DNA of 64,000 nucleotides, taken from positions 711-64,710 of the forward strand of contig JADFLW010000001.1 of assembly GCA_022564195.1 (NCBI GenBank), given 5' to 3'. The DNA is from Patescibacteria group bacterium (lineage in GTDB: Bacteria; Patescibacteriota; Microgenomatia; UBA1400; Chisholmbacteraceae). The notes beneath the pieces were generated by a model. It had not been told where the DNA came from, did not search any database, and saw only the letters and a program-made list of their open reading frames with translations. Position numbers and translations under genes: made by a program. This document shows, piece after piece, positions 9,400 through 17,266 of this stretch; position 1 is the first letter of the stretch, and every line of letters starts with the position of its first letter.

Positions 9400-10089
9400 T
9401 TAGACCTGAGCTACTTGGAGGAGATCTAATTCAACAGGTGTCTCTCGGCCGAAGATGGAGACCAGTACTCGGACTTTGCCTTTGGCGTCGTCGATGGAGT
9501 CGACGGTTCCTAAGAAGTCGGCGAATGGCCCTTCGATGATCTTGACTGGGTCACCGATTGAGAATGCAGCCTTGTATTTGGGTGCCTCCATCTCCGTGAA
9601 CTTCTTGATGGTCCTTACCTCTTCTTGAGAGATGGGCGTGGGTTTGTTGCCTATGCCGACGAAGCCGGTGATTCCTGGAGTGGTGCGTACCGCCAGCCAA
9701 GAATCCTCGTCGAGGATGAGTTTCACGAGAAGGTAACCGGGGAAGATTTTCTCTTTGACTCTGACCTTTTGTCCGCGCTGGATTTTTATTCTCTCTTGGG
9801 TGGGCACGAGCAGTTCATGGATTTTATCCTTCAGCTTCATGCTCTTTACGCGTTGGCGAAGGGTTTCCGTAACCTTGGTTTCGTGGCCGGAGTAGGTATG
9901 GACGACGTACCACTTAGATCGTTTATCATCGGAGCGTTTGAAGACGATATAATTCTTCCCGATATCCGGTTCCTGCTTCTGGCTTTTCTTGGTGGTCTCG
10001 GTTTTTTTTTCTGCCGTTTCTTGCAGCTTTTCTTCTTTGGTATCTTCTTGTTTCTTTTTTGGTTTTTCGGCCTTTTTCTTTTTTGGCAT
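9400..10089 (-). CDS. nusG: transcription termination/antitermination factor NusG with ~55 aa Lys-rich N-terminal extension
   Basis: KWYVVHTYSGHE NGN motif and KOW-like C-terminus (GDPVKIIEGPFADFLGTV); start moved to ATG 10087-10089 (SD GAGAGG) because track start 10182 would overlap secE. Confidence 0.85.
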   Translation of the reverse strand: MPKKKKAEKPKKKQEDTKEEKLQETAEKKTETTKKSQKQEPDIGKNYIVFKRSDDKRSKWYVVHTYSGHETKVTETLRQRVKSMKLKDKIHELLVPTQERIKIQRGQKVRVKEKIFPGYLLVKLILDEDSWLAVRTTPGITGFVGIGNKPTPISQEEVRTIKKFTEMEAPKYKAAFSIGDPVKIIEGPFADFLGTVDSIDDAKGKVRVLVSIFGRETPVELDLLQVAQV

Positions 10090-10120
10090 TGCTTGGTACC
10101 TCTCGAATTTGTACGGGTGT

Positions 10121-10345
10121 TTATCTGAGGAATGTCTCAATGAGCTTCGTGTAGATGAAGTCGAGTCCACCAATGTACGCACCGACAGCCACTGAGACGG
10201 CTAAGACGACCAGTGTCAATTTCAGCGTTTCTGCTCGAGTTGGCCAGCTGACCTTTTTGAGCTCATCAACTGCTTGACGAACAAATTGGATCGGGCCGAC
10301 GTTTTCGAGCGCCGGTTTGGCGATTGAGAAATCAGGTTTCTTCAT
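10121..10345 (-). CDS. secE: preprotein translocase subunit SecE
   Basis: ORF track; 74 aa with single C-terminal TM helix, immediately upstream of nusG. Confidence 0.75.
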   Translation of the reverse strand: MKKPDFSIAKPALENVGPIQFVRQAVDELKKVSWPTRAETLKLTLVVLAVSVAVGAYIGGLDFIYTKLIETFLR

Positions 10346-10607
10346 ACCACTTCGCTAAACCTGCCTAGCCGGCAGGCAAGGCTATCGAGGCACACGTCCT
10401 CCTCCGCTATTGAGCTACGGCGGGACAGTTCAGGGAAGTATTCTATCATAGCAGGAAGGCAGTGTGCAAAGGATGCGACAAACGGTTTGTCCGAGTCAGA
10501 CTCGGTTTGTTGACTTTGTGTGTAAGGGGAGAGTATCATTTTAGAGCGCCTAGCCCTTCGATAGAGCTCAGGGTAAACGTTTAGGGTCTAGCGTCTTGGC
10601 TTCATGT

Positions 10608-11504
10608 ATGGCCTCAAACCAGACCTCTCAAAAGCAACGTGTTCGTAAGGCTGTGATTCCCGCAGCAGGATTCGGTACACGATTTCTGCCGCAGACGAAA
10701 GCGATGCCCAAGGAGATGCTTCCCATTGTTGATAAACCCGTCATTCAATATGTGGTGGATGAGTGTGTGGACTCTGGGATTGAAGACATCATCATCGTCA
10801 CGGGGTACCATAAGCGAAACATCGAAGATCATTTTGATCACAACAGCGAGCTTGAGTATCACTTGGATGTGACGGGGAAAAAGGATCAGCTGAGGATGGT
10901 TTCGGAGATCGCGGAATGTGCAAACTTCGTCTACATTCGGCAGAAAGGGGGGTACGGCAACGGTACCCCTGTTTTGAACTCGGCTCATGTGATTGGAAAT
11001 GAACCGTTTGCAGTTTTGTGGGGAGATGAGTTCATCTTTTCAGACCCCCCTCGATTGAAGCAATGTCTTGATGTTTTTGAGCAGTTCGGGAATCCGGTCA
11101 TTTCTGGGATTCGGATTGAGAAGAAGGAGGACATCTCTCGGTATGGAATTGCGGATTTGGAGCCTATGGAGGGTAACGTTTCCAAATTGCGGCGGATCGT
11201 TGAAAAGCCCGAACCTGACAAGGCGCCTTCTCAGATCGCTGCTCATGGCTGTTATGTGTTGACCCCAGATATTTTTCCGATTTTGGCGACGCTTAAGCCC
11301 GGGAGGGGGGGAGAGATCTGGTTGGTTGATGCGATTGCGCAGCTGTCGCTGCAGCGGGATATCTTAGTCTGCGAAGTTGAGAATGCAAAGTACTACGATA
11401 CGGGGAATAAGCTGGACTACATGAAGGCGGTGGTGGAATTTGGGCTCAGGCATCCGGATATCAATGGGCCCTTCCGGGAGTATTTGAAGGAGTTGAAGTT
11501 GTAG
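10608..11504 (+). CDS. galU: UTP--glucose-1-phosphate uridylyltransferase
   Basis: KAVIPAAGFGTRFLPQTKAMPKEMLPIVDKPVIQYVVDE motif; track start 10596 is TTG, first in-frame ATG at 10608. Confidence 0.85.
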   Translation: MASNQTSQKQRVRKAVIPAAGFGTRFLPQTKAMPKEMLPIVDKPVIQYVVDECVDSGIEDIIIVTGYHKRNIEDHFDHNSELEYHLDVTGKKDQLRMVSEIAECANFVYIRQKGGYGNGTPVLNSAHVIGNEPFAVLWGDEFIFSDPPRLKQCLDVFEQFGNPVISGIRIEKKEDISRYGIADLEPMEGNVSKLRRIVEKPEPDKAPSQIAAHGCYVLTPDIFPILATLKPGRGGEIWLVDAIAQLSLQRDILVCEVENAKYYDTGNKLDYMKAVVEFGLRHPDINGPFREYLKELKL

Positions 11505-11792
11505 TTGTAGTTGGTCGTTCCTTAGCGTATTGTTGACCGTTGTCGCTGCATGCTATAATGCGGTTGCCCTACGAGAGGCGTGTAAACGAGGACTATTTTC
11601 CTCCACAAATTCACGTCTTTGAGGGAGGGCGATTGCTCAAACTCCGTGGAGTTTGGGATAGCCCACCCACCTGGAATCATCTGGGGGATATCTTCTCGTT
11701 GAACGCTCACGTGGGGCTTTTGTATACTTCTTTTCCGTTGTTTTTCCAGGGGTTGTTTGGTATACTGCTGCTTGAGTTTGATTGGCACTTTT

Positions 11793-11864
11793 GCCGTCCT
11801 AGCTCAATGGTAGAGCAACGGTTTTGTAAACCGTAGGTTCCGGGTTCGAGCCCCGGGGACGGCT
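11793..11864 (+). tRNA. tRNA-Thr (anticodon TGT)
   Basis: hand-folded cloverleaf: acceptor GCCGTCC/GGACGGC, anticodon stem ACGGT/ACCGT, loop TTTGTAA, T-loop TTCGAGC. Confidence 0.8.
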
Positions 11865-11892
11865 CCCTTCCGAAAAACTCAGAACTGACTCG

Positions 11893-11974
11893 CTGGGGTG
11901 CCGGAGTGGACAATCGGACGTGTCTGTAAAACACGCGGCGTAAGCCTACGGAGGTTCGAATCCTCCCCCCAGCA
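11893..11974 (+). tRNA. tRNA-Tyr (anticodon GTA), type II with long variable arm
   Basis: hand-folded; anticodon loop CTGTAAA; T-arm GGAGGTTCGAATCCTCC; close to E. coli tRNA-Tyr in layout. Confidence 0.8.
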
Positions 11975-12022
11975 CCTTGATTAATATCATCCTCCAATGA
12001 ACTACCCCCTACATCTCAGGCA

Positions 12023-12486
12023 ATTATTGATCTTCTGCGGGAGAGGGCCTGCTGGTTTGAAACCTTTAAGCATGAGCCAGTGCGGACCAGCGAGGAGGCG
12101 GCTCGACTCCGACCTGGGTATTCGTTGAAGCAGGGGGCGAAGGCGATCATAGTCAGGGTCAAGCAGTCAAAAGCAAAGAAATTTTTCGTGATGCTGGTTC
12201 TTCCTGGGGACCTGCGGTTTGATATTAAGAAGGTAAAAGGCGTTCTTTTCTGCCAAGGATATTCGCTTTGCGACGAAGGAAGAAGTGGCGAACATTACAA
12301 ACGGCGTCGATCCTGGTGGCGTGTCTCCTGTTTGGGAATCTTTTTAACCTGCCTGTGTATACTGATCCGAAGCTCTTTGGGCAAGAAAATATTGTGTTCA
12401 ACGCTGGGGATCGGAGATTGTCAATTGCAATGCGATCCCAAGATTTCAGGAAGCTGGTTCAGCCGAAGGTAGTTGATCTGGTGTAA
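12023..12486 (+). pseudogene. YbaK/ProX-family aminoacyl-tRNA deacylase, disrupted by two +1 frameshifts at T-homopolymers (~12243-12250 and ~12341-12345); start codon unclear
   Basis: three reading frames each carry consecutive YbaK-like segments (..KKFFVMLVLPGDLRFDIKKVKGVL / AKDIRFATKEEVANITNGVDPGGVSPVWESF / NLPVYTDPKLFGQENIVFNAGDRRLSIAMRSQDF..); removing one T at each run restores one ORF. Confidence 0.6.
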
Positions 12487-12529
12487 GACGGTAGTCTGAT
12501 ATAGGAGAGCAAGTCACCAAGCACAATTT

Positions 12530-12568
12530 CCTTTTTGTTGACGCTCCGGCCGGAGCGCGTTTAAAAAG
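12530..12568. repeat. ~40 bp extended palindrome (T5-N-CGCTCCGGCCGGAGCG-N-A5GGA), copy 1 of 2
   Basis: perfect 16 bp GC palindrome flanked by complementary T-run/A-run; near-identical copy at 24150-24190. Confidence 0.6.
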
Positions 12569-12693
12569 GATTTAGGAGGCGCGTTGAATGAGGTAGGGTT
12601 CTGTTTCTTTTTATGGTTTTTGATACAATAGCGCAGAGAAGAGGGAATCTCTTGCCGGTTTAGTTCAACGGGAGACCTGCCCGCCAGATGCTT

Positions 12694-12765
12694 GCCCAGA
12701 TAGTTCAGTGGTAGAATGCCATCTTGGTAAGATGGAGGTCGAGGGTTCGATCCCCTCTCTGGGCT
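12694..12765 (+). tRNA. tRNA-Thr (anticodon GGT)
   Basis: hand-folded; acceptor GCCCAGA/TCTGGGC, anticodon loop TTGGTAA, T-arm GAGGGTTCGATCCCCTC. Confidence 0.8.
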
Positions 12766-12839
12766 CAGAACGCAAGGCAGGCGGGGCACTCCGACGTAAC
12801 GTCGGAGAGGTCGAGGGTTCAAATCCCACCTCAGGCTCT
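12766..12839 (+). other. degenerate tRNA-like fragment: duplicated 3' part of tRNA-Thr(GGT) (variable loop + T-arm + 3' acceptor strand) preceded by a perfect 9-bp-stem hairpin; no matching 5' acceptor strand
   Basis: AGGTCGAGGGTTCAAATCCCACCTCAGGCTC aligns to tRNA-Thr AGGTCGAGGGTTCGATCCCCTCTCTGGGCTC; palindrome CTCCGACGT-A-ACGTCGGAG. Confidence 0.45.
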
Positions 12840-12858
12840 GAGATTAGGATATTTTTAT

Positions 12859-13116
12859 ATGACGGAGAGTGAGTATTACATCCTTGGGGAGGATGAATAT
12901 AAGCTGGAGGTTCCGAAAGACGTGGTTGATTCCATATTTGGTGGATCCTCTGGCACTACCCTAAGGAATAAGTTCGGCATCGAGCTGTCGGATGCGGACA
13001 GATGGTCTGTAGAGTTAGCGCGAGATTGGATTTCGGATGATTTCCGAGATTTTGTGAATCGGGTGAAGGAAAAGAGAGCGGAGGCGGATTCCCAAGCTGA
13101 TTCGTCTCAGGAATAG
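12859..13116 (+). CDS. hypothetical protein (86 aa)
   Basis: in-frame ATG downstream of tRNA region within track ORF 12724..13116 (whose 5' part overlaps the tRNAs). Confidence 0.45.
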   Translation: MTESEYYILGEDEYKLEVPKDVVDSIFGGSSGTTLRNKFGIELSDADRWSVELARDWISDDFRDFVNRVKEKRAEADSQADSSQE

Positions 13117-13174
13117 GAGGATATATGTCAACGGGGACTAGCATTGAGTCGGTTTCCCTTTCATAAAGGGGGTC

Positions 13175-13330
13175 TATGGCTAAGAAGAAGGGATCGAGAA
13201 TCATCATCGGGCTGAAGTGCTCGGAGTGTGGGGCGTTTAACTACATCACCGAGCGCAACAAGGTGAACACACCGGAAAAGCTCGCGATCCGAAAATACTG
13301 TAAACGGTGTCGGAAGCATACCGAGCATAA
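13175..13330 (+). CDS. rpmG: 50S ribosomal protein L33 (zinc-ribbon type, 51 aa)
   Basis: hand translation [51 protein letters not shown]; CxxC..CxxC L33 pattern; below the 60 aa cutoff so absent from ORF track. Confidence 0.8.
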
Positions 13331-13373
13331 GGAAACGAGTAAGTTGAAGTAGAGGACAGTCTGACTCCTGCCC

Positions 13374-14192
13374 GTGGCTGGCAAGACGATGCATCAACCT
13401 CAGGGCAAAGAATTCGGGTCTCATGATCATGAGACACATTCCCTTCGGGCCGAGGGGATTCTGGTGCTTGCTGCTTTAGGCTTCACCGCAGCCGGCTGTC
13501 GACTTCTTGTTCCTGAAGAGACTCCTGCCGTAGAGCCGGCCCCTCGTCCTACCGCCGCACTCGCGCTTGAAGCTACCGCGACGGAAGCCGTCGCAGAAAT
13601 TCTGCCGGCGGACCTTGCTCTCATGGAGCGGGTGCGTGCCGAGGATCGAGGAGAGCCTGTGGAGGTGAAGAATGTGCTTGTCGAGCGCGTGTTCCGATAC
13701 ACTCGGCCGAAACGAGACGCGATTTTTGCCGAGCTTGCTGTTGAATATGCGGATGGGAGTACGCAAGCCTTTGCTTATCTTGAAAATGCGGATTGCGTCA
13801 AGGATCGGCTCGAAGCTCAAGGAAGGCTAGGCTTGGAGGAGAAGTCGGGCAGGTGGCGCACGCACGCACGGATGGATTTGGAGACTCAAGTGCTTTCCGC
13901 TTCCTCAGCCCAGATCCCATATCCGGTGCTCACGCTGACCGGCATCGTTGTATCCGGTGAAGGTGAGCCGCGAGCGGTGCAAGTCTGTGAGAAAGTTCCC
14001 CTTGCGAAAGATCTTCTGGAGGATCCGTATGAGGATGTCAAGGTATTCCTTGAAGATCTTGAGGTTCCCGATATTGATCTTCCGAGCGTTCGGGAGGCTG
14101 GGCGCTGGTTTGGACGCACATTCGGGGATTTGTTTCGAGGGATTATTGAGGGCGTGGATGAGAGTGGAGACACTCCGACTCCAATTCCTTAG
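13374..14192 (+). CDS. hypothetical lipoprotein (signal peptide with AAGC lipobox-like motif)
   Basis: ORF track; N-terminal hydrophobic segment ILVLAALGFTAAGC. Confidence 0.5.
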   Translation: MAGKTMHQPQGKEFGSHDHETHSLRAEGILVLAALGFTAAGCRLLVPEETPAVEPAPRPTAALALEATATEAVAEILPADLALMERVRAEDRGEPVEVKNVLVERVFRYTRPKRDAIFAELAVEYADGSTQAFAYLENADCVKDRLEAQGRLGLEEKSGRWRTHARMDLETQVLSASSAQIPYPVLTLTGIVVSGEGEPRAVQVCEKVPLAKDLLEDPYEDVKVFLEDLEVPDIDLPSVREAGRWFGRTFGDLFRGIIEGVDESGDTPTPIP

Positions 14193-14391
14193 GGTCTTTT
14201 TTCATTTCTTGTTTTATTCAAGTACCATACACGCTGTTTGCAACACGCGGAGCGTCCGTTTAGTGCAGATGGTCACGTCCATGACTGGGCGGAGGCGCTT
14301 GGGTTGAAGGGACCACTGGCGACGGTTCACCACTGGCAGGGTTTCCCAGCATCTCCCGTTTGTGTATCTTCTAGGGAAGGAAGCGTAACTA

Positions 14392-15717
14392 CTATGCAAG
14401 CAAGAGCAGGGTTTTGAGTATACTTTGTGCTCCATTTAGGAAGAGAGGATCTATTTCCAGGGCTTTTTCTATGGCGTGGGCGAACCAAGTCTCGTGGTCG
14501 TGAATCGCTGGTTGCTCCAGGGCTTGTATTTGCTTCTGAAAGGTTTCCGGTGTGGCGCGGCGGGCGATCCCGCGTTGCTCAAATGTTTCCTGGATGCGCT
14601 CCTCCCACTCTCCCCAGGGTTCCATGAGGAGCAAGAAGCAGCCGGCCGCCGCGGCGTCGTAGGCCATGTCGCCTGATGGCTTGGTGATCACGCCATCAGC
14701 CCAGGGGAACATCCAGTTGATGAGCTTCTCGTTGGCGTCCATGATGTTGTTGCCGCGGAGGATTCGGTAGACCGCGTTGGGATCGTTCTCGTTGCCGACC
14801 GATATCTGGTGGTTTTGGGCAAAGAGCCCGAACATCGTCGCGAAATCCTCGTGGGTGCCGGCGTAGCAGATGAGTTGGACATGTGGCGGCGGATTCGTCA
14901 GGTAAGGGAGCAGTTGATTCAGGATGGTTTCGATTTCGCCTTTGTTGGTCCCAAGACCTCCGGTGGTGATTGCCAGTCGTATGCTTGCGGAGATTGGAGA
15001 TGGTTCTGAGAAGCGCTTGCTGAATTTGGCAACCGATTTCCCCTTTCTCGCATCGACAATGCGGGGATCAACGGGTGGGCCGGTGACGTGGACGCGGTCT
15101 GGGTGGAGTTTTTTCCCCTCGCGTTGGGCTCCCTCGAGCATCTCGATCTTGGTTTTGTCGTCAAAGACGGCGTAATGCAATTTCTGATTGTCAGCGTACT
15201 TGAGGTATTGGGGGCGGACGTGGGGATCGGTGACGGCTTGGAGTACGGTTTTCCCGGCTTCGACCAGGAGATTGCCGGTTTCGTAGTGGAAGGAAGCGAT
15301 GGGGCGCGTGACGTTTTTGAAAAGAAAAAGGAGTGGGTCTTTGATGGCGTCGGAGATGGGGAGTTTGTTGCGGGCGCGAGTGTCGATCATGTCTTTAATT
15401 TTTTTGAGGGTTTCGTGGCGGGCGACGGCTTCAGCGATCTTTTCGGTGACGAGCACCTTGTGCCAGTCTTCAGCCGCAACGAAGTTGGTGGGATCGACGA
15501 ACCAGAAGGTTTTGCCTTCCATGCCGGCGGCGATCAAGAGCGAAAGAGCTTGGGAGTAGTGGGCGCGGGAGAAGACGATCTCTTCACGCTTGAATTTATA
15601 GGCGTGCTGTTGTGAGATATGGTCGAGAAAGGTGGCGGAAACGGTGGCGATGGGAACCTCGGCCTCTTGGAGAAGCTCGCGTTCATGTTTGAGAACTTCT
15701 TGCAGCTCGTTTTCCAT
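14392..15717 (-). CDS. glycosyltransferase, GT-B fold (GT28/MGDG-synthase-like C-terminal domain)
   Basis: ORF track; C-terminal ITKPSGDMAYDAAAAGCFLLLMEPWGEWEE resembles GT28/GT1 donor-binding domain; N-terminal domain atypical. Confidence 0.45.
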   Translation of the reverse strand: MENELQEVLKHERELLQEAEVPIATVSATFLDHISQQHAYKFKREEIVFSRAHYSQALSLLIAAGMEGKTFWFVDPTNFVAAEDWHKVLVTEKIAEAVARHETLKKIKDMIDTRARNKLPISDAIKDPLLFLFKNVTRPIASFHYETGNLLVEAGKTVLQAVTDPHVRPQYLKYADNQKLHYAVFDDKTKIEMLEGAQREGKKLHPDRVHVTGPPVDPRIVDARKGKSVAKFSKRFSEPSPISASIRLAITTGGLGTNKGEIETILNQLLPYLTNPPPHVQLICYAGTHEDFATMFGLFAQNHQISVGNENDPNAVYRILRGNNIMDANEKLINWMFPWADGVITKPSGDMAYDAAAAGCFLLLMEPWGEWEERIQETFEQRGIARRATPETFQKQIQALEQPAIHDHETWFAHAIEKALEIDPLFLNGAQSILKTLLLLA

Positions 15718-15789
15718 CAGGTTTAATGGTAATGAGTTTGGGAGGACTTGTCCAGCGAGGAGATGATTACTATAGGTTATTTCGGGAAG

Positions 15790-15807
15790 ACTACGCGATC
15801 GCGTAGT
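15790..15807. promoter_or_regulatory. perfect 18 bp palindrome ACTACGCGATCGCGTAGT in divergent intergenic region
   Basis: read directly; ~75 nt upstream of minus-strand GT gene start. Confidence 0.3.
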
Positions 15808-15900
15808 TTAATGGCCGGGAAGAAGCAGGCAAAGATACCATGATGCTATAATACATGATTGTCGATCTCTTAAAACGGATTTATCTAAGGAGGTGTTTGA

Positions 15901-15966
15901 ATGAAGATTGAAGCGGGATCTCAAACTGGCGATGCTCAAGAAGTGAAGCATCCACGCGTCGGATAG
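15901..15966 (+). CDS. candidate 21-codon micro-ORF (MKIEAGSQTGDAQEVKHPRVG) with near-consensus SD TAAGGAGGTG
   Basis: SD-ATG spacing 8 nt; extended -10 TGcTATAAT at 15844-15852 upstream. Confidence 0.25.
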   Translation: MKIEAGSQTGDAQEVKHPRVG

Positions 15967-16221
15967 TATGTTGATCGCGAGCAATTGGAGCAGGTGAGGC
16001 AGGCGTTGGGTGAGCATCCGGATGTTGAGGAGTATGATCTCGCATTCCCCCTGGCATCACTCAATTTCCGACTGGAGATGGACACACGATCATTCTCAAA
16101 GAACACGATGATCCAGAAGGTGTGTCCGTCGTCGAATGTGACCCTGAAGCTGTTCCGATCATTACAGATATTTTAGGTTTTGAGGGTATCCGGTAGCCTT
16201 CATTTGCTCCTCACAGATATT

Positions 16222-16251
16222 TTGAACAATACTACATGTGTAGGGTAAAAT
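16222..16251 (+). promoter_or_regulatory. candidate sigma70 promoter for tRNA-Trp (TTGAAC -N18- TAAAAT)
   Basis: hexamers read in sequence 14 nt upstream of tRNA 5' end. Confidence 0.35.
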
Positions 16252-16264
16252 AGGGAGACAATCT

Positions 16265-16335
16265 AGGCCCGTGATGAAATGGTATCATGAGGGTCTCCAA
16301 AACCCTTCTTCCAGGTTCGAGTCCTGGCGGGCCTG
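16265..16335 (+). tRNA. tRNA-Trp (anticodon CCA)
   Basis: hand-folded: acceptor AGGCCCG/CGGGCCT, D-stem ATGA/TCAT, anticodon stem AGGGT/ACCCT loop CTCCAAA, T-arm CCAGGTTCGAGTCCTGG. Confidence 0.8.
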
Positions 16336-16352
16336 CAAAAAGATTGTAGTGG

Positions 16353-16595
16353 TTGACAGACCTAGTCGTTCGATTTACAATTCTCTACATCAATAGAACA
16401 GGAGATGCCATGGAGCATGAACCACGATCTTTTCCAGAAGGCGAACAACCAATTGAACCGGAAAAAGCAGCCATCCCAGGCATAGAGATTCTCGTTGATG
16501 CAGCAACTGGAATGACGGATCAGCAACGGTCTGAGATTGACTCAGCTCTGGTTACACCCGAAGTGCATGATATTGAAAACCCCTATTCAAGATAG
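16353..16595 (+). CDS. hypothetical small protein
   Basis: ORF track only; start uncertain. Confidence 0.3.
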   Translation: MTDLVVRFTILYINRTGDAMEHEPRSFPEGEQPIEPEKAAIPGIEILVDAATGMTDQQRSEIDSALVTPEVHDIENPYSR

Positions 16596-16685
16596 ATCAA
16601 CTTCTGATATAGTCCCTTCGATTTCACTCCCTTCGATATACTCAGGATAAACAGGATAAACCAAAAGGGCCTCACATCTCGGCTC

Positions 16686-16719
16686 TTGACAAATGTAAGA
16701 ATACTGTCATAATTCTTAC
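16686..16719 (+). promoter_or_regulatory. promoter (TTGACA -N16/17- CATAAT) with overlapping 8 bp inverted repeat GTAAGAAT..ATTCTTAC, likely autoregulatory operator of the TA operon
   Basis: hexamers and inverted repeat read directly upstream of antitoxin start. Confidence 0.5.
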
Positions 16720-16722
16720 ACT

Positions 16723-17007
16723 GTGTCCAGACAGTTGATTCAAGAAGAGGAGTTCACCAGTGTCCAGGAGGCGCAGGCCGGCATCACGCGGCTGTTTCGT
16801 AAAGCAAAGAAGCTCAAGAAGTTTTACCGCGTGATGCGTAATCAGGAGCCTTTGGGTGTGCTGGTGCCGAATGACCTGTGGTTGTCTCTCATCGAAGATT
16901 TGGAAGCGTTGTCCAGCTCCCACTATCTTTCACAGATCGAGAAGGCTCGGAAGGACAAGGGGCGGGTTTCCAGTCGGGCGGCAAAGCGGCGACTTGGCTT
17001 GCGTTAA
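16723..17007 (+). CDS. type II antitoxin (Phd/YefM or RelB-like), GTG start
   Basis: ORF track; small protein 4 nt upstream of a RelE/ParE toxin. Confidence 0.65.
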   Translation: MSRQLIQEEEFTSVQEAQAGITRLFRKAKKLKKFYRVMRNQEPLGVLVPNDLWLSLIEDLEALSSSHYLSQIEKARKDKGRVSSRAAKRRLGLR

Positions 17008-17010
17008 TTC

Positions 17011-17265
17011 ATGGACTACCAATTCACCACTTGCGCATTTCGACAACTTCAGGAGCTCCCACCTCCAGTTCAGAAACGGATTCTTGAGAAACTTGACTTT
17101 TATTGCAGGCAGAAAGAGCCGCTGCGGTTTGCAGATCGGCTGACAGATTTTCGGCTCGGAACCTACCGGTTTCGGATAGGGGAGTACCGCGTGATCTGTG
17201 ACCTTGAAGCTGAGGAAACGCTTCTTGTCCTTCTCGTCGGCCACCGAAAGGAAATTTATCGATGA
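17011..17265 (+). CDS. type II toxin, RelE/ParE family
   Basis: C-terminal ..YRFRIGEYRVICDLEAEETLLVLLVGHRKEIYR matches RelE/ParE signature. Confidence 0.8.
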   Translation: MDYQFTTCAFRQLQELPPPVQKRILEKLDFYCRQKEPLRFADRLTDFRLGTYRFRIGEYRVICDLEAEETLLVLLVGHRKEIYR

Positions 17266-17266
17266 C

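Noticed and set aside
9400-10182. Track start for nusG at 10182
   Set aside because: It would overlap secE (10121..10345) in the same orientation. ATG at 10087-10089 with a GAGAGG SD lies 31 nt after the secE stop and is the better start.
9366-10578. 13-mer CTCAGGGTAAACG on both sides of the secE-nusG unit (9366 and 10566)
   Set aside because: Exact 13-mers are expected by chance at roughly tens of pairs in a 64 kb window, and there is no extended similarity beyond ~17 nt.
11540-11997. Track ORFs 11540..11836 (+) and 11707..11997 (-), and the N-terminal part of 12724..13116
   Set aside because: They overlap the tRNA-Thr/Tyr/Thr genes and are translation artefacts of structured RNA sequence.
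12766-12839. Possibility that the tRNA-like fragment is the 3' end of tmRNA
   Set aside because: There is no 5' GGGG acceptor partner or tmRNA-like reading frame nearby, and the 3' strand is not CCCC-ACCA.
311-15615. Numerous antisense or out-of-frame track ORFs (e.g. 311..583, 860..1378, 1895..2197, 5974..6510, 13427..13702, 14476..14676, 15088..15615)
   Set aside because: Each is fully contained in a longer ORF with recognisable homology or better coding features on the other strand or frame.
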